Origin: a bacterium
GTDB lineage: Bacteria; Hinthialibacterota; Hinthialibacteria; Hinthialibacterales; Hinthialibacteraceae
Assembly (NCBI GenBank): GCA_041946805.1
Contig: JBHGBC010000046.1
Location: 1-38,337, forward strand
Direction of reading: 5' to 3'
DNA: 38,337 nucleotides
Shown piece by piece: positions 1-9,059 of this stretch; within the stretch, counting starts at the first letter, position 1; each line of letters begins with the position of its first letter. Made by a program: the position numbers and the translations under genes. The notes below the pieces were generated by a model. It made no database searches. It was not told the origin of the DNA and saw nothing but the letters and a program-made list of their open reading frames with translations.

Positions 1-321
1 CTGGTCAACACCGGCTGGAGCGGCGGCCCCTTCGGCATCGGCCAACGCATGAGCATCAAGATCAGCCGCGCCGTGCTCCGCGCCGCCCTCTCCGGCGCCC
101 TGGATCAAGCCCGCTACTCCCCGTTCCCCTACTTCGGTTTCGAAATCCCCAACGCATGCCCGGGCGTCCCCCCCGAAGTGCTCAATCCCAAAAACACCTG
201 GTCCGATAAAATCGCCTACGACGAGAAAGCCAGGCACGTGGCGAAGCTGTTCATCGATAACTTCAAGCAGTTCGAGGCGGGTACCGCCCCGGAAATCCTG
301 AACGCCGCCCCGAAGATTTAA
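1..321 (+). CDS. pckA: Phosphoenolpyruvate carboxykinase (ATP), 3' part (5'-truncated by window)
   Basis: Frame 1 is open from base 1 and reads LVNTGWSGGPFGIGQRMSIKISRA...FGFEIP..CPGVP.EVLNPKNTW.DK.AY...A..LF..NF..F, the typical C-terminus of ATP-dependent PEPCK. Confidence 0.95.
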   Translation: MVNTGWSGGPFGIGQRMSIKISRAVLRAALSGALDQARYSPFPYFGFEIPNACPGVPPEVLNPKNTWSDKIAYDEKARHVAKLFIDNFKQFEAGTAPEILNAAPKI

Positions 322-530
322 GATTTAAAGGGATTCCTCTACCCGCCCTCCTCGATTCCCCGCCCGCAGTTGAGAGGAGGAATTGTGGCATTCCATGTTC
401 TTCCCCCGGTCTTTGGCTAGGCCGGGGGCGGCCCGCCGGCCACCCCTCCAAAACCACATCGGTTAGCGCAGGGAAAATCCTCTTCGCGCCCCACCGGAAC
501 CAACTTCCATGAGCCTTCACCCCGGTTTGC

Positions 531-1739
531 CTACTGCGACGACACCGCGGGGGCTTTTACGGCCGGTTTGAGGATTTTCTCCTGCAACCGCTGTTCCGCC
601 CAGATTTCCCGGATCCTCCTCGCCTTGGCGTTCGGCTGATGATTTTCGAACAACGCGGCGTAGGCAAAGATGATCACTCCGCTGTATGCCTGCTCGTTCA
701 CGTATTCCATTTGCTGGCCGGTCCCGCCGGCGCCGTTGAAATCGGCGTTCAGACCGATCATCATCCGGCGCAGCGCTTTCTCGTCGAACCACCCGTTCCA
801 ATTCTCCAACAGCGCTTTGAGTTCTCCCAAGGATTGCTTGTAGGCCATGGGGATCACCCAGTCCACCAGGTCCTCCCGCAGCCAGACTCGCGGATCCTGC
901 CCCTTTTCCGCCGTGGCGGAGTGAATCTCGGCGAAACAGGTGGCCGACAACCGCATGATGGGCGAAGCCAACCGGATGGCGTTGCGAATGGCTCGAATGG
1001 TTTCGGTGACCTGGTCGCGCTTGAAGGCCCGCCATTCCTCCAGGTCCGGGGCCGGCTTTTTCTTGTAGAGCTTCTGGAACCCGGCGGCGCTGGCCGCGTC
1101 ATACGAAAAATCACGGAATCCGCCCAACTCCGTCTGTCCCGGATACCGGACATAATCGAGATGAATCCCGTCCAGATTCGGATACTGCTGCGCGATTTCC
1201 CCGAAAACCGCCGCCAAATACTCGCGGACTTCGGGATGGCCGGGAGACATGAAGGTGTAGAAGGTCGACGTCGGACGCATCAACACCCCCCGGTGATCCA
1301 CCATGAACCAGGACCGCTTGTCCGCCCAGGGATGGTGGATCCCTTGAGGGACCGGCTCAACCCCCCGCCAGCCGGGAAACACGTTCATCCAGGCGTGCAA
1401 TTCCAGCTGATTCCTCGCGGCCTCCTCGAGCGCCACCGCCAGGGGATCCCATCCCGGGTCCTGCCCCAGCGTGGCGGGCGTGATTCCCGTCAACTCCCAC
1501 GCCCACGGTTCGATCCGGGAGGAATAACACACTGTCGCGTTGCCCCGCACCTGGAAAAAAACCTGAGTGGCGCCTAGATCTTTGAGGTTCTTAAAGATAC
1601 GAGCCACGTCCCCGGCGTTCTTGAAATCCCACCGCGTGACCCACACCCCCCGGGCGCGCGCGCCCTCCGCGGACCGGGCGGATTCCCAACCCAGCACGAT
1701 CCCTACAAGCAACACCAGAATCATGACTCGTTTTCTCAT
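531..1739 (-). CDS. Exported glycoside hydrolase-like protein, GHL10/DUF187 (YddW/DigH-like) TIM barrel
   Basis: Signal peptide, then RGVWVTRW, FFQVRG, WDPLA, LELHAWMN, PGHPEVREYL, DGIHLDYVRYP, GQD...W and D..IPMAY motifs. Confidence 0.88.
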   Translation of the reverse strand: MRKRVMILVLLVGIVLGWESARSAEGARARGVWVTRWDFKNAGDVARIFKNLKDLGATQVFFQVRGNATVCYSSRIEPWAWELTGITPATLGQDPGWDPLAVALEEAARNQLELHAWMNVFPGWRGVEPVPQGIHHPWADKRSWFMVDHRGVLMRPTSTFYTFMSPGHPEVREYLAAVFGEIAQQYPNLDGIHLDYVRYPGQTELGGFRDFSYDAASAAGFQKLYKKKPAPDLEEWRAFKRDQVTETIRAIRNAIRLASPIMRLSATCFAEIHSATAEKGQDPRVWLREDLVDWVIPMAYKQSLGELKALLENWNGWFDEKALRRMMIGLNADFNGAGGTGQQMEYVNEQAYSGVIIFAYAALFENHQPNAKARRIREIWAEQRLQEKILKPAVKAPAVSSQ

Positions 1740-1927
1740 GGAATTGATACCGTTGCCGCTTCCACCCTCATCTGCAGCTAGTCATATTTTATATGTATAA
1801 TATCAAGCCCCTCACTTAATATTTTTCCTTTTCAAATGAAAAAAACATGATAGGATGAGTTCCAGATCACCAAATCCCGATGAACGGATCTCCTCCAGGA
1901 TGGCGTACCGCCTGGACGTAAAAGATC

Positions 1928-2311
1928 ATGACGTGGAATCCCCTCAACCTACAAGGCGGCAACCAGGGGAGAATTGCCGCAACGCTCATCCATCCAACGA
2001 TCGTGCTCATCACGATGCGGGACGCGTCTTCTTCCCTCGACCTGAATCAATTGCCGAATCTTTTCCTCGAATGCATGGAAAAAGGCTACCGGCGGTATGT
2101 GATTGACCTGTCTCAGATCCGTTTGCTCAACAGTCATGAGATCGGGGCTATTGTACAACATTCCCGCCTGCTCGCCAATCAGGGCGGCCTGGTGATCGTC
2201 AATCCCTCCGAACGGATCCGCTACATGCTGGAACTCAGTTGCGCCTCTCCCATCGCCCCGTCCGCCGATTCGGTGGAGCAGGCCGTCGCCATGCTGAAGG
2301 AACCGGCCTGA
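1928..2311 (+). CDS. STAS-domain protein (anti-sigma factor antagonist-like)
   Basis: VIDLSQIRLLNSHEIGAIV matches the DLSxVxxxDSxGLG STAS motif, followed by LVIVNPSERIRYML and SVEQAV; 127 aa. Confidence 0.8.
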   Translation: MTWNPLNLQGGNQGRIAATLIHPTIVLITMRDASSSLDLNQLPNLFLECMEKGYRRYVIDLSQIRLLNSHEIGAIVQHSRLLANQGGLVIVNPSERIRYMLELSCASPIAPSADSVEQAVAMLKEPA

Positions 2312-2318
2312 CCCGTTG

Positions 2319-2356
2319 CCGCCCCGAACTCCACCGCCCCGAACTCCACCGCCCCG
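2319..2356. repeat. Tandem 15-bp repeat (ccgccccgaactcca) x2.5
   Basis: Read directly, just after the STAS stop codon. Confidence 0.85.
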
Positions 2357-2392
2357 GCAGGAAAATCCGCGCCCCGGCGGTGAATTGCCTCT

Positions 2393-2425
2393 CCCTCTCA
2401 CCCCGGGAGAGGGCTGGGGTGAGGG
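2393..2425. repeat. REP-like family B (CCCTCTC-loop-GGGAGAGGG-xxGGGGTGAGGG)
   Basis: ccctctcaccccgggagagggctggggtgaggg; related copies at 8251, 14286 and 29158, and inverted copies at 19908/20330 and 31860. Confidence 0.85.
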
Positions 2426-2476
2426 AATTCCGGCCGGGGCGTACCCGGCCCTGGTCACACACTTGGATGCGGACCT

Positions 2477-3445
2477 TCATTCCCCTTTGTCCGCTTTCAC
2501 CCATTGGTTCCACAATTCGTTCAAATCCCAGGACCGGCCTTCCGGAGGTTTGCCCGCCGCCACCACGCGGTAGCGCAAGCGCCAGGTTTCCCCCTGCTTG
2601 AGGATCTTCGCCTTCCCATAATTGGGCGAGCTGGAGATGAACTGCATCCCCTGGTCCTGCACATAAAAGCGGGTGGGATGCGAACTGTTGGACGGATGGT
2701 CCAGAATGGCGGCCAGCACCGGGCCGCCGGCCTGCATGCCGGCCAGCGCGCACCATTTCGCCGGCTTCCCCTTGCAGTTCTGCCCGCCTTCGATGCCTTC
2801 CGAGTTGAAATACCGCGGTTCGGCGAACGGTCCGGCGCGCAGGGTCAGGCCGTGATACTCCCGCGGGGCGTTGGGATCGGAACCGAAAACCACTTCGGGC
2901 TCCAGGGCCGTCAGGCGGAGGTCCAGGTCCACGAGCTGCAGGTTCCCCTCGGGCGGCCAAAACGTCCAGACCTGCTCGCTCTGCACCAGCTCCGTCTCTG
3001 GCTCCGTGAGCCAGACATCCTTTTCCCGCAGTTCCACCGCCCCACTCTCCAACATCCGCGTATCGACGGATTTGGGGATCATCTTGCCCCGCCGGCCCGG
3101 CGGCGAATTCACTTCCGCCCAGAAATCGGTCCCCGAGACATCCGGCCACCCCACGCACAGCCCGCGGTGATGCAAGTGATCGGCGGGCGCGTCATAGGTG
3201 ACGCATCGCCGGTCCGGAGTGCACAAGGGATGGAAAAACGGCTTGTCGAGCGCCTCCCCCGCGTGATGAATGGCGATCTCTTTGTTCTGCAGGATGATTT
3301 TGGTGAGTTTGCTGAACTGGCTGACCGCTTCCAGGCCGGTTCCCTCCGCCGCCGGCCGGCATGGAGGATTCAACCAGAGAACGCCGGCCAGAACGGATAG
3401 GAGTATTCCAAGAGTCGTGGAAAAGTAACGAGAAAAAAATTTCAT
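2477..3445 (-). CDS. Exported DUF6807/'PmoA family'-type protein of unknown function (not a methane monooxygenase subunit)
   Basis: Signal peptide; KPFFHPL.TP, P.DHLHHRGL, DFW, YHGLTLR, AKW, ILDHPSN and LRYRVV motifs recalled for this family. Confidence 0.7.
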   Translation of the reverse strand: MKFFSRYFSTTLGILLSVLAGVLWLNPPCRPAAEGTGLEAVSQFSKLTKIILQNKEIAIHHAGEALDKPFFHPLCTPDRRCVTYDAPADHLHHRGLCVGWPDVSGTDFWAEVNSPPGRRGKMIPKSVDTRMLESGAVELREKDVWLTEPETELVQSEQVWTFWPPEGNLQLVDLDLRLTALEPEVVFGSDPNAPREYHGLTLRAGPFAEPRYFNSEGIEGGQNCKGKPAKWCALAGMQAGGPVLAAILDHPSNSSHPTRFYVQDQGMQFISSSPNYGKAKILKQGETWRLRYRVVAAGKPPEGRSWDLNELWNQWVKADKGE

Positions 3446-3509
3446 GATCTTATCGTCCTTTGCTATGTTGAATTCCTGTCATTTATGATTCGTTCTGTGA
3501 TATCGCGCC

Positions 3510-3543
3510 GTGGGATGGGTTAGCGAAGCGTAACCCATCCTAC
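3510..3543. repeat. REP-like family C hairpin (GTRGGATGGGTTA-GCGAAGCG-TAACCCATCCTAC)
   Basis: 13-bp stem with one G-T pair; relatives at 8091-8125, 14250-14280 and 14364-14394; GTAG-type REP architecture. Confidence 0.85.
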
Positions 3544-3659
3544 GCCCTCGGCCGGCCTCTTTCCGCGCTTTGCTGCCATTCTCATTCATCCGTTGACTTC
3601 CGTTGTCATCCGTGTCCCATCCGCGCCCTCCGTGGTTCAATCCGTGCCCCCATCCCCAT

Positions 3660-3699
3660 CCTGGTCATCTTGCGTATCCAGACCATCCTGATTCAGACA
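3660..3699. repeat. Dispersed 40-bp repeat family D (cctggtcatctt...atcctgattcagaca)
   Basis: 36/40 identical to 8192-8231; built of 9-nt ATC(C/T)-starting subunits. Confidence 0.85.
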
Positions 3700-3747
3700 A
3701 ATCCACTTGGCCCTCCGTGTCTCGGCGGTGAAATGGCTTTGATCCTT

Positions 3748-3778
3748 CTGGATCCCCGCTTTCGCGGGGATGACATCC
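3748..3778. repeat. REP-like family A (ctggatccccgctttcgcggggatgacatcc)
   Basis: Identical 31 nt at 20270-20300; inverted copies at 19782-19810 and 31920-31946. Confidence 0.92.
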
Positions 3779-3826
3779 ACCTTACCGGTTAAATAATCTC
3801 CACCCCTTCCGCCCCCTGGCGGTGCA

Positions 3827-4894
3827 TCATTCCTCCCTCGCGCCATTCAGCTGCCGCAGCAGCTCGTTTTTCGTGCTGAGAATGAACGTGGTTTGCGCGT
3901 CCAGCGACGCTTCCAGGGCGTCCAGCGAACGCAGATAGCCATAAAATTCCGGATCGCTTTCAAAGCCCTCGATCCGAACCGGCGGACTGCCCGTCGCTTC
4001 CTTGATATACCCCTGCGCGTAGGTGCGCGCCGCTTCGGCGTCGGCGTTGCCCTTGATGATCCGCGCGTCCCGCTCCGCTTCCGCCAAAATGGTTTTGACT
4101 TTCCGGTCGGTTTCCGATTTGATGTACGTGGCCTGCCGGCTGCCCAGCGCGCGGTACCGCTGGGCGATGCGGCTCCGTTCGGCGGTCATGTTGCTATAGA
4201 TCGCCGCCATGTTCTGCTCGGGCGGATCGGCGCGCTTGATGCGTACGTCGATGACGTAGATCCCGAACTGCTTCGCTTTCTCCCGCGCCAGCTGCGTCAC
4301 CCGCTCCATGATCTTCGTCCGGCCGGTCTTGATCCGCACCCGCTTCTGCTCAGGGATCTCGATGCCCGAATCCAGCATCTGGTCGCTGCTGCGGATGATT
4401 TCGATGAATTCATTTTCCCCCAGCGTGTTGCGCAGGTCCGACCGGATGATGTTGTCGAGCCGGTTGAGCGCGGTGGGAATGTTCTCCACCGTCTGCCGGA
4501 ACAGCAACGGATTGACGATATACCAGCGCGAGAAATTATCGACGATCAGCCGTTTCTGGTCCCCGGTCATGATCGTCGCCGGCTCCGAATCGAAGACCAG
4601 GATCCGGTCCTCGAAATACTCCACCTTCTGCAAAAAGGGGACCTTGAAATACAATCCCGCGCCGAAACTCAACCCCACGCGCGTGCCGCTGGATTGCTCA
4701 TACGCCGCGAGGCTTTTCCGCAACTCGTCCGGATCGGCGAAGGGCGACTCGCCCGCGATCACCCGCACCGGCCGCCCGAACTGTGTGATCACCGCCTGCT
4801 CGGTTTCGCTCACCACGAAGACGGATGATCCCAGAAAAATCAACAAAACCAGGGCGGCGAGGCCCGCGCCGGTCAGCATCGTTTTCGCCCTCAT
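3827..4894 (-). CDS. hflC: FtsH protease modulator HflC
   Basis: N-terminal TM helix, SPFH domain (EQAVITQFG, GLYFKVPF, D.KRLIVDN..RW.I..PL.F, GI.VIDVRIKR), M.AERSR.A..YR and DPEFY..LRSL; overlaps the hflK stop. Confidence 0.93.
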   Translation of the reverse strand: MRAKTMLTGAGLAALVLLIFLGSSVFVVSETEQAVITQFGRPVRVIAGESPFADPDELRKSLAAYEQSSGTRVGLSFGAGLYFKVPFLQKVEYFEDRILVFDSEPATIMTGDQKRLIVDNFSRWYIVNPLLFRQTVENIPTALNRLDNIIRSDLRNTLGENEFIEIIRSSDQMLDSGIEIPEQKRVRIKTGRTKIMERVTQLAREKAKQFGIYVIDVRIKRADPPEQNMAAIYSNMTAERSRIAQRYRALGSRQATYIKSETDRKVKTILAEAERDARIIKGNADAEAARTYAQGYIKEATGSPPVRIEGFESDPEFYGYLRSLDALEASLDAQTTFILSTKNELLRQLNGAREE

Positions 4895-5937
4895 GGATTA
4901 CCCTCCTCTTCCGCGGTGGCCGGGGAGAGCAACGGGGCCGGCAACGGGATGGCGGGCGACAGGTTCATGAATTTCAAAAGGCCCTCCTCCGAATCCACGA
5001 TCACCTTCGGTTTGCCCTGGAGGACCTTCTCCAGGGTCTCCAGATATAAACGCCGGCGGGTCACTTCGGGAGAGCCGCGGTAGGTCGCCAACAAGGCGTG
5101 GAAGCGTTCCACCTCGCCCTGCGCCTTGGCGATGCGTTCCGCCTTGTAGGCTTCCGCCTCCTGGAAAATCTTGCGCGCCTCGCCTTCCGCCCGGGGTATC
5201 TCCTTGTTCTCGTAGCCTTCCGCCTCCCGTTCCACCCGCGCCTGGTCCTCGCGGGCGTTGAACACCTCGGCGAAGGCCGGCTCGACCGCCTCGGGGGGAT
5301 GCGTGTCCTGCAGGTTCACACCCTCGATCTGCACCCCCATCTGGTATTCCGAACTGATCTTTTCAATGATGTCCTGGATCTGCGCCTGCAACTGGTCGCG
5401 CCGTTCGGTCAGCGCCGCCTCGATGGGAAAATCGCCGATCACCTGCCGCTGCGCCGCCTCGGCGATGTCCTTCAACGTGCTTTCCACGTTATTGACATTG
5501 AACAAATACTTGACGGGATCGGCGATTTTGTATTGCACCACTGTTTTCGCCACGATGATGTTCTCATCGCCGGTGAGCATGATGCTCTCTTCCGGCACGG
5601 TCACCGGCTCCGCGCTGGGACTCCGGGGATTCGACCGGAATCCCACCTCGATCCGCCGCAAGAGCAGCACATTGGGGACAAATACGGTTTCGATGGGCGG
5701 CGGGAACCGGTAATGGAATCCCGGCTGGACCACGCGGTGGACCTTCCCCAGCCGCAATACCACGCCCACCTCGCCCGGCCCCACGATGAACCAGGGCCGG
5801 AACGAGACCAGGACAATCACCGCCGCCACGGCGGCCACAGCCAGGCCGACGCGCCGCCAATTGAGCATATGGCGGCCTCCGCCCAAGGGGATGTCGATAG
5901 GAATCTGCTCGAACCAATCGCTCATGATGGATTTCAT
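4891..5937 (-). CDS. hflK: FtsH protease modulator HflK (start uncertain: 5991 TTG, 5937 or 5925 ATG)
   Basis: GVVLRLGK, PGFHYRFPPPIE, EESIMLTGDENI, VQYKI.DP..YLFNV, PPEAV..AF.EV..ARED, IPRAEGEA and PEVTRRRLYLETLE motifs. Confidence 0.93.
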   Translation of the reverse strand: MKSIMSDWFEQIPIDIPLGGGRHMLNWRRVGLAVAAVAAVIVLVSFRPWFIVGPGEVGVVLRLGKVHRVVQPGFHYRFPPPIETVFVPNVLLLRRIEVGFRSNPRSPSAEPVTVPEESIMLTGDENIIVAKTVVQYKIADPVKYLFNVNNVESTLKDIAEAAQRQVIGDFPIEAALTERRDQLQAQIQDIIEKISSEYQMGVQIEGVNLQDTHPPEAVEPAFAEVFNAREDQARVEREAEGYENKEIPRAEGEARKIFQEAEAYKAERIAKAQGEVERFHALLATYRGSPEVTRRRLYLETLEKVLQGKPKVIVDSEEGLLKFMNLSPAIPLPAPLLSPATAEEEGNP

Positions 5938-6024
5938 GCTACCAAACTGGAAACCAAAATCAACCGAGCGGTTCCCCGAGCCCCTTATCAAGCTCCGGCG
6001 CGGTCAGTATGATAGGCAACCATC

Positions 6025-7971
6025 ATGCTGTCGCGGTTGGCCAAACTTTTTCTCTATTCCCGCCTGCGTCCCTATTGGGGGCTGATCCTGGTCTTCCTGC
6101 TGGCCTGCGCCTTTTCGCCGGTGCGGCCGGGCGCGGCCCTGCCCGTGTTTCTCGACCGGGACAACATCATCGATATCGTCCGCCAGGTCTCCGTGCGCGG
6201 CATCATCGCCGTGGGCATGACCTTCGTGATCATCAGCGGGGGGATCGACCTCTCCGTCGGCTCCGTCCTCGCCCTCTCCACCGTGATCACCGCGCTCGCC
6301 CTGCGGGACGGCTGGGGATCGCCCACCGCCATCGCTCTCGCCCTGCTCACCGGCGCGGCGGCCGGCCTGTTCAACGGAGCCGCCACGGCCAAGGGCAAAA
6401 TCCAGCCTTTCGTGGTCACCCTGGCCATGATGAGCATCGCCCGCGGCCTGGCCATGGCTTTCTCGCACAATTACACCATCCCCATCCGCCCCGCCGATTC
6501 CAATTTCCTGATTTTGGAGGCGAAAATCTTCGGCGTGGTCCCCCTTCCGGCGGTCTTCTTCTTGCTCACCGTGGCGGTGTTTCAGATTTTGCTGGTCTAT
6601 ACCGCCTTCGGCCGCAACCTCTACGCGATCGGCGGCAACGAAACCGCCGCCCGGCTCGCCGGCGTGCGGGTGGACCGCTACAAGATCGTGACCTGCGTCC
6701 TATGCGGCACGCTGGCCGCCGCCGCGGGCGTCATCCAGGCCGCCCAGATGCACCAGGGCGATCCCAAGGACGGCATGGCCTTCGAACTCGACGCCATCGC
6801 CGCCGTCGTGGTCGGCGGGGCCAGCCTGATGGGCGGCAGCGGGAACGTCTCGGGCACCCTTGCCGGCTCCCTGCTCATTGGTATCATCATCAACGTCCTG
6901 GGTCTGCGAAACGTGGAACCCAGCGTGCAGAAAATCGTCATCGGCTCCCTGCTGGTCCTGGCCGTGGCCGTCCAGACGGGAACCTTCGGCTTCTGGGGGA
7001 GAACTATCATGAAAAAATGGCGTGGCGCGGCCGCCGGCCTCTCCGTGGTTCTGAGCATCGCTCTGCTGGTCTCATTCACCTCCGGATGCGCGTCCCAGAA
7101 AAGCGGAAAATATGTCATCGGATTTTCCCAATGCAACAACAACGAGCCCTGGCGCAAGGCCATGAACGACGCCGCCGTGGCCGAGGCCCGCCACTACCCC
7201 GACATCGAACTGCGCTTCCAGGACGCGGAACAGAAAAACGACCTCCAGGTCAACCAGGTCCGGCTGCTGGCCCGGCAGGGAATCGACCTGCTGATCATCT
7301 CCCCCAACGAGGCTTCTCCTCTGACACCCATTGTGGAAGAAGTGTATAACAGCGGCACGCCGGTGATTGTCCTCGACCGGGCGGTCAACACCGAGGCCTA
7401 CACCTGCTTCATCGGCGCGGACAACCGGGTCATCGGCAAGCAGGCAGGCGAATACGTGGCCAAGATCCTCAACGGCCAGGGGCTGATCGTCGAAATCCAG
7501 GGCCTGCCCGGCTCGCCCCCGGCCATCGACCGCAGCGAGGGCTTCAAGGAAGCGATCGCCGCCTTCCCCGGCCTCAAGATCATCCACAATCCGGTGGCCA
7601 ACTGGCTGCGCTCCGAAGCCATCGACCAGATGAAAATCGCCCTCCAGGCCCAACCCAAGATCGACTTGGTCTACGGGCATAACGATCCCATGGCCCTGGG
7701 CGCTTACCTGGCCGCCAAGCAGGTGGGCCGGGAAAAAGAGATGAAATTCATCGGCATCGACGCCCTCTGGAACGAAGGCGTCCAGGCGGTGATCGACGGC
7801 GAACTCGACGCCACCTTCTGGTACCCGACCTGCGGGAAGGAAGCAGTCCAAACCGCCTATAAAATCCTGAAGGGCGAATCCGTCCCCAAAACAATCACTC
7901 TGCCCACCGAACTGATCACCAAGGAAAACGCCCAGGAATGGCGGCAAAAATTGAAACCGGCGGAAGGGTGA
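6025..7971 (+). CDS. Fused sugar ABC transporter: RbsC-type permease plus RbsB-type substrate-binding lipoprotein domain
   Basis: aa 1-320 carry GMTFVIISGGIDLSVGS, FGRNLYAIGGNE.AARLAG and ELDAIAAVVVGGASL.GG.G. aa 329-648 start MKKW...SGC (lipobox) and carry IGFSQ, IDLLIISP, IGADN..G, HNDPMALGA and FIGID. Confidence 0.9.
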   Translation: MLSRLAKLFLYSRLRPYWGLILVFLLACAFSPVRPGAALPVFLDRDNIIDIVRQVSVRGIIAVGMTFVIISGGIDLSVGSVLALSTVITALALRDGWGSPTAIALALLTGAAAGLFNGAATAKGKIQPFVVTLAMMSIARGLAMAFSHNYTIPIRPADSNFLILEAKIFGVVPLPAVFFLLTVAVFQILLVYTAFGRNLYAIGGNETAARLAGVRVDRYKIVTCVLCGTLAAAAGVIQAAQMHQGDPKDGMAFELDAIAAVVVGGASLMGGSGNVSGTLAGSLLIGIIINVLGLRNVEPSVQKIVIGSLLVLAVAVQTGTFGFWGRTIMKKWRGAAAGLSVVLSIALLVSFTSGCASQKSGKYVIGFSQCNNNEPWRKAMNDAAVAEARHYPDIELRFQDAEQKNDLQVNQVRLLARQGIDLLIISPNEASPLTPIVEEVYNSGTPVIVLDRAVNTEAYTCFIGADNRVIGKQAGEYVAKILNGQGLIVEIQGLPGSPPAIDRSEGFKEAIAAFPGLKIIHNPVANWLRSEAIDQMKIALQAQPKIDLVYGHNDPMALGAYLAAKQVGREKEMKFIGIDALWNEGVQAVIDGELDATFWYPTCGKEAVQTAYKILKGESVPKTITLPTELITKENAQEWRQKLKPAEG

Positions 7972-7974
7972 ATT

Positions 7975-8284
7975 GTGGTGCGGGCATCCTGCCTGCGCCG
8001 CAATCGACATTCCCTTCCCCTGCCCTTCTCCCGCGGGGAAAGGGAATGGATGGCTTGTAATCAGGACGGCATCTCCGCGCAAACAGCGGTGGAGGATGGC
8101 TTGGCGCGACAGCGCGTAACCTCTCAAAACCTCCTGAGGCGTCCGCCCGTCATGGCGATGCGCACATCTTGCCCGCATCATCCTCCAAAATCCTGGTCAT
8201 CTTGGCTATCCTGACTATCCTGATTCAGACACTTCCCCCGCTCTTCTTCTCCCTCTCCCCCCAGGGAGCGGGCCGGGGTGAGGG
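7975..8284. repeat. Intergenic mosaic of REP-like units between convergent genes
   Basis: gtggtgcgggcatcctgcctgc (~7975), degenerate family B (~8011-8046), family C variant (8091-8125), family D (8192-8231) and family B (8251-8284). Confidence 0.75.
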
Positions 8285-8296
8285 AGATTCGCGCCT

Positions 8297-8803
8297 TCAC
8301 TCACGATCCAGCCACACGATTTGATGATTGATGGTTTCTTCCAGATCCAGGATGCCGAAGGTGCCGGTGGCGTCCCGGTTCAGGGTGGGACTCCCGGGAT
8401 TGAATACGTATTTGTCCTCGATCTTCATGAACAAGGGCATGTGCGAATGCCCGAACAGCACGATCTCCACGTCTTCCCCAAACGCCTTCACCACCCGGGT
8501 TTCCAGATTCTTGGGCGGCCCCCAGCCATGGATCAGGCCCAATTTATGTCCTTGGATTTCAAGCACTTTCTTCTCGGGCAGGATGGTTTTGAGCTCCTGG
8601 CAGTCCATGTTGCCATACACGGCGATGACCGGCGCGATCTTTTGAAACTCCTTGTAGGCCGCCATGTCGCAAAAGTCGCCCAGATGAATGATGGCGTCCA
8701 CTTTCTCCAGTTCTCCCAGCATCTTCATGGGCAAGTGGCCCACATCGGGTAAATGGGTATCCGAAACGACTCCAATCCGAGTGCCTTTTTTCGGTGTGTT
8801 CAT
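8297..8803 (-). CDS. Metallophosphoesterase, YfcE/MJ0936/Vps29 family
   Basis: SDTH, HLGD, GNMD, IHGW, FGHSH and NPGS calcineurin-like motifs. Confidence 0.92.
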   Translation of the reverse strand: MNTPKKGTRIGVVSDTHLPDVGHLPMKMLGELEKVDAIIHLGDFCDMAAYKEFQKIAPVIAVYGNMDCQELKTILPEKKVLEIQGHKLGLIHGWGPPKNLETRVVKAFGEDVEIVLFGHSHMPLFMKIEDKYVFNPGSPTLNRDATGTFGILDLEETINHQIVWLDRE

Positions 8804-8904
8804 TGCATCCCTTACCCCTGGTTTCTCCCCCGGATTGTATATCCCATCCTTTCCGGTCTAAAGTCACCCCCTATGGATCGAAATCCCCTGGCCGGGAATA
8901 GCGC

Positions 8905-8933
8905 ATGACAAATCCGGCCCGCTCTGCTATAGT
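8905..8933 (+). promoter_or_regulatory. Putative sigma70-type promoter for the 9060 gene
   Basis: ATGACA-17 nt-TATAGT, with a TG extended -10 (tgctatagt). Confidence 0.6.
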
Positions 8934-9059
8934 GCTGTCGGCCGTGCATTGCCGGCTCATTTTTTAGAGCTTACGCTAACCGCCGGCATGGTTCGAGGTC
9001 CCCGCGCCGCGCGGACTCGTAAAAAACATACTTGAAATCGGACGGGAGGGCAATAGATC

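Noticed and set aside
2477..3445. Methane monooxygenase, suggested by the 'PmoA family' label
   Set aside because: This is a soluble exported protein without the multi-TM architecture of true PmoA, and no pmoB or pmoC is nearby.
3637..3846. Short ORFs containing VIPAKAGI / LDPRFRGDD / PSPxGRG peptides (also 20072-20308, 29169-29384, 31695-32129)
   Set aside because: These are translations of REP-like repeats, not genes.
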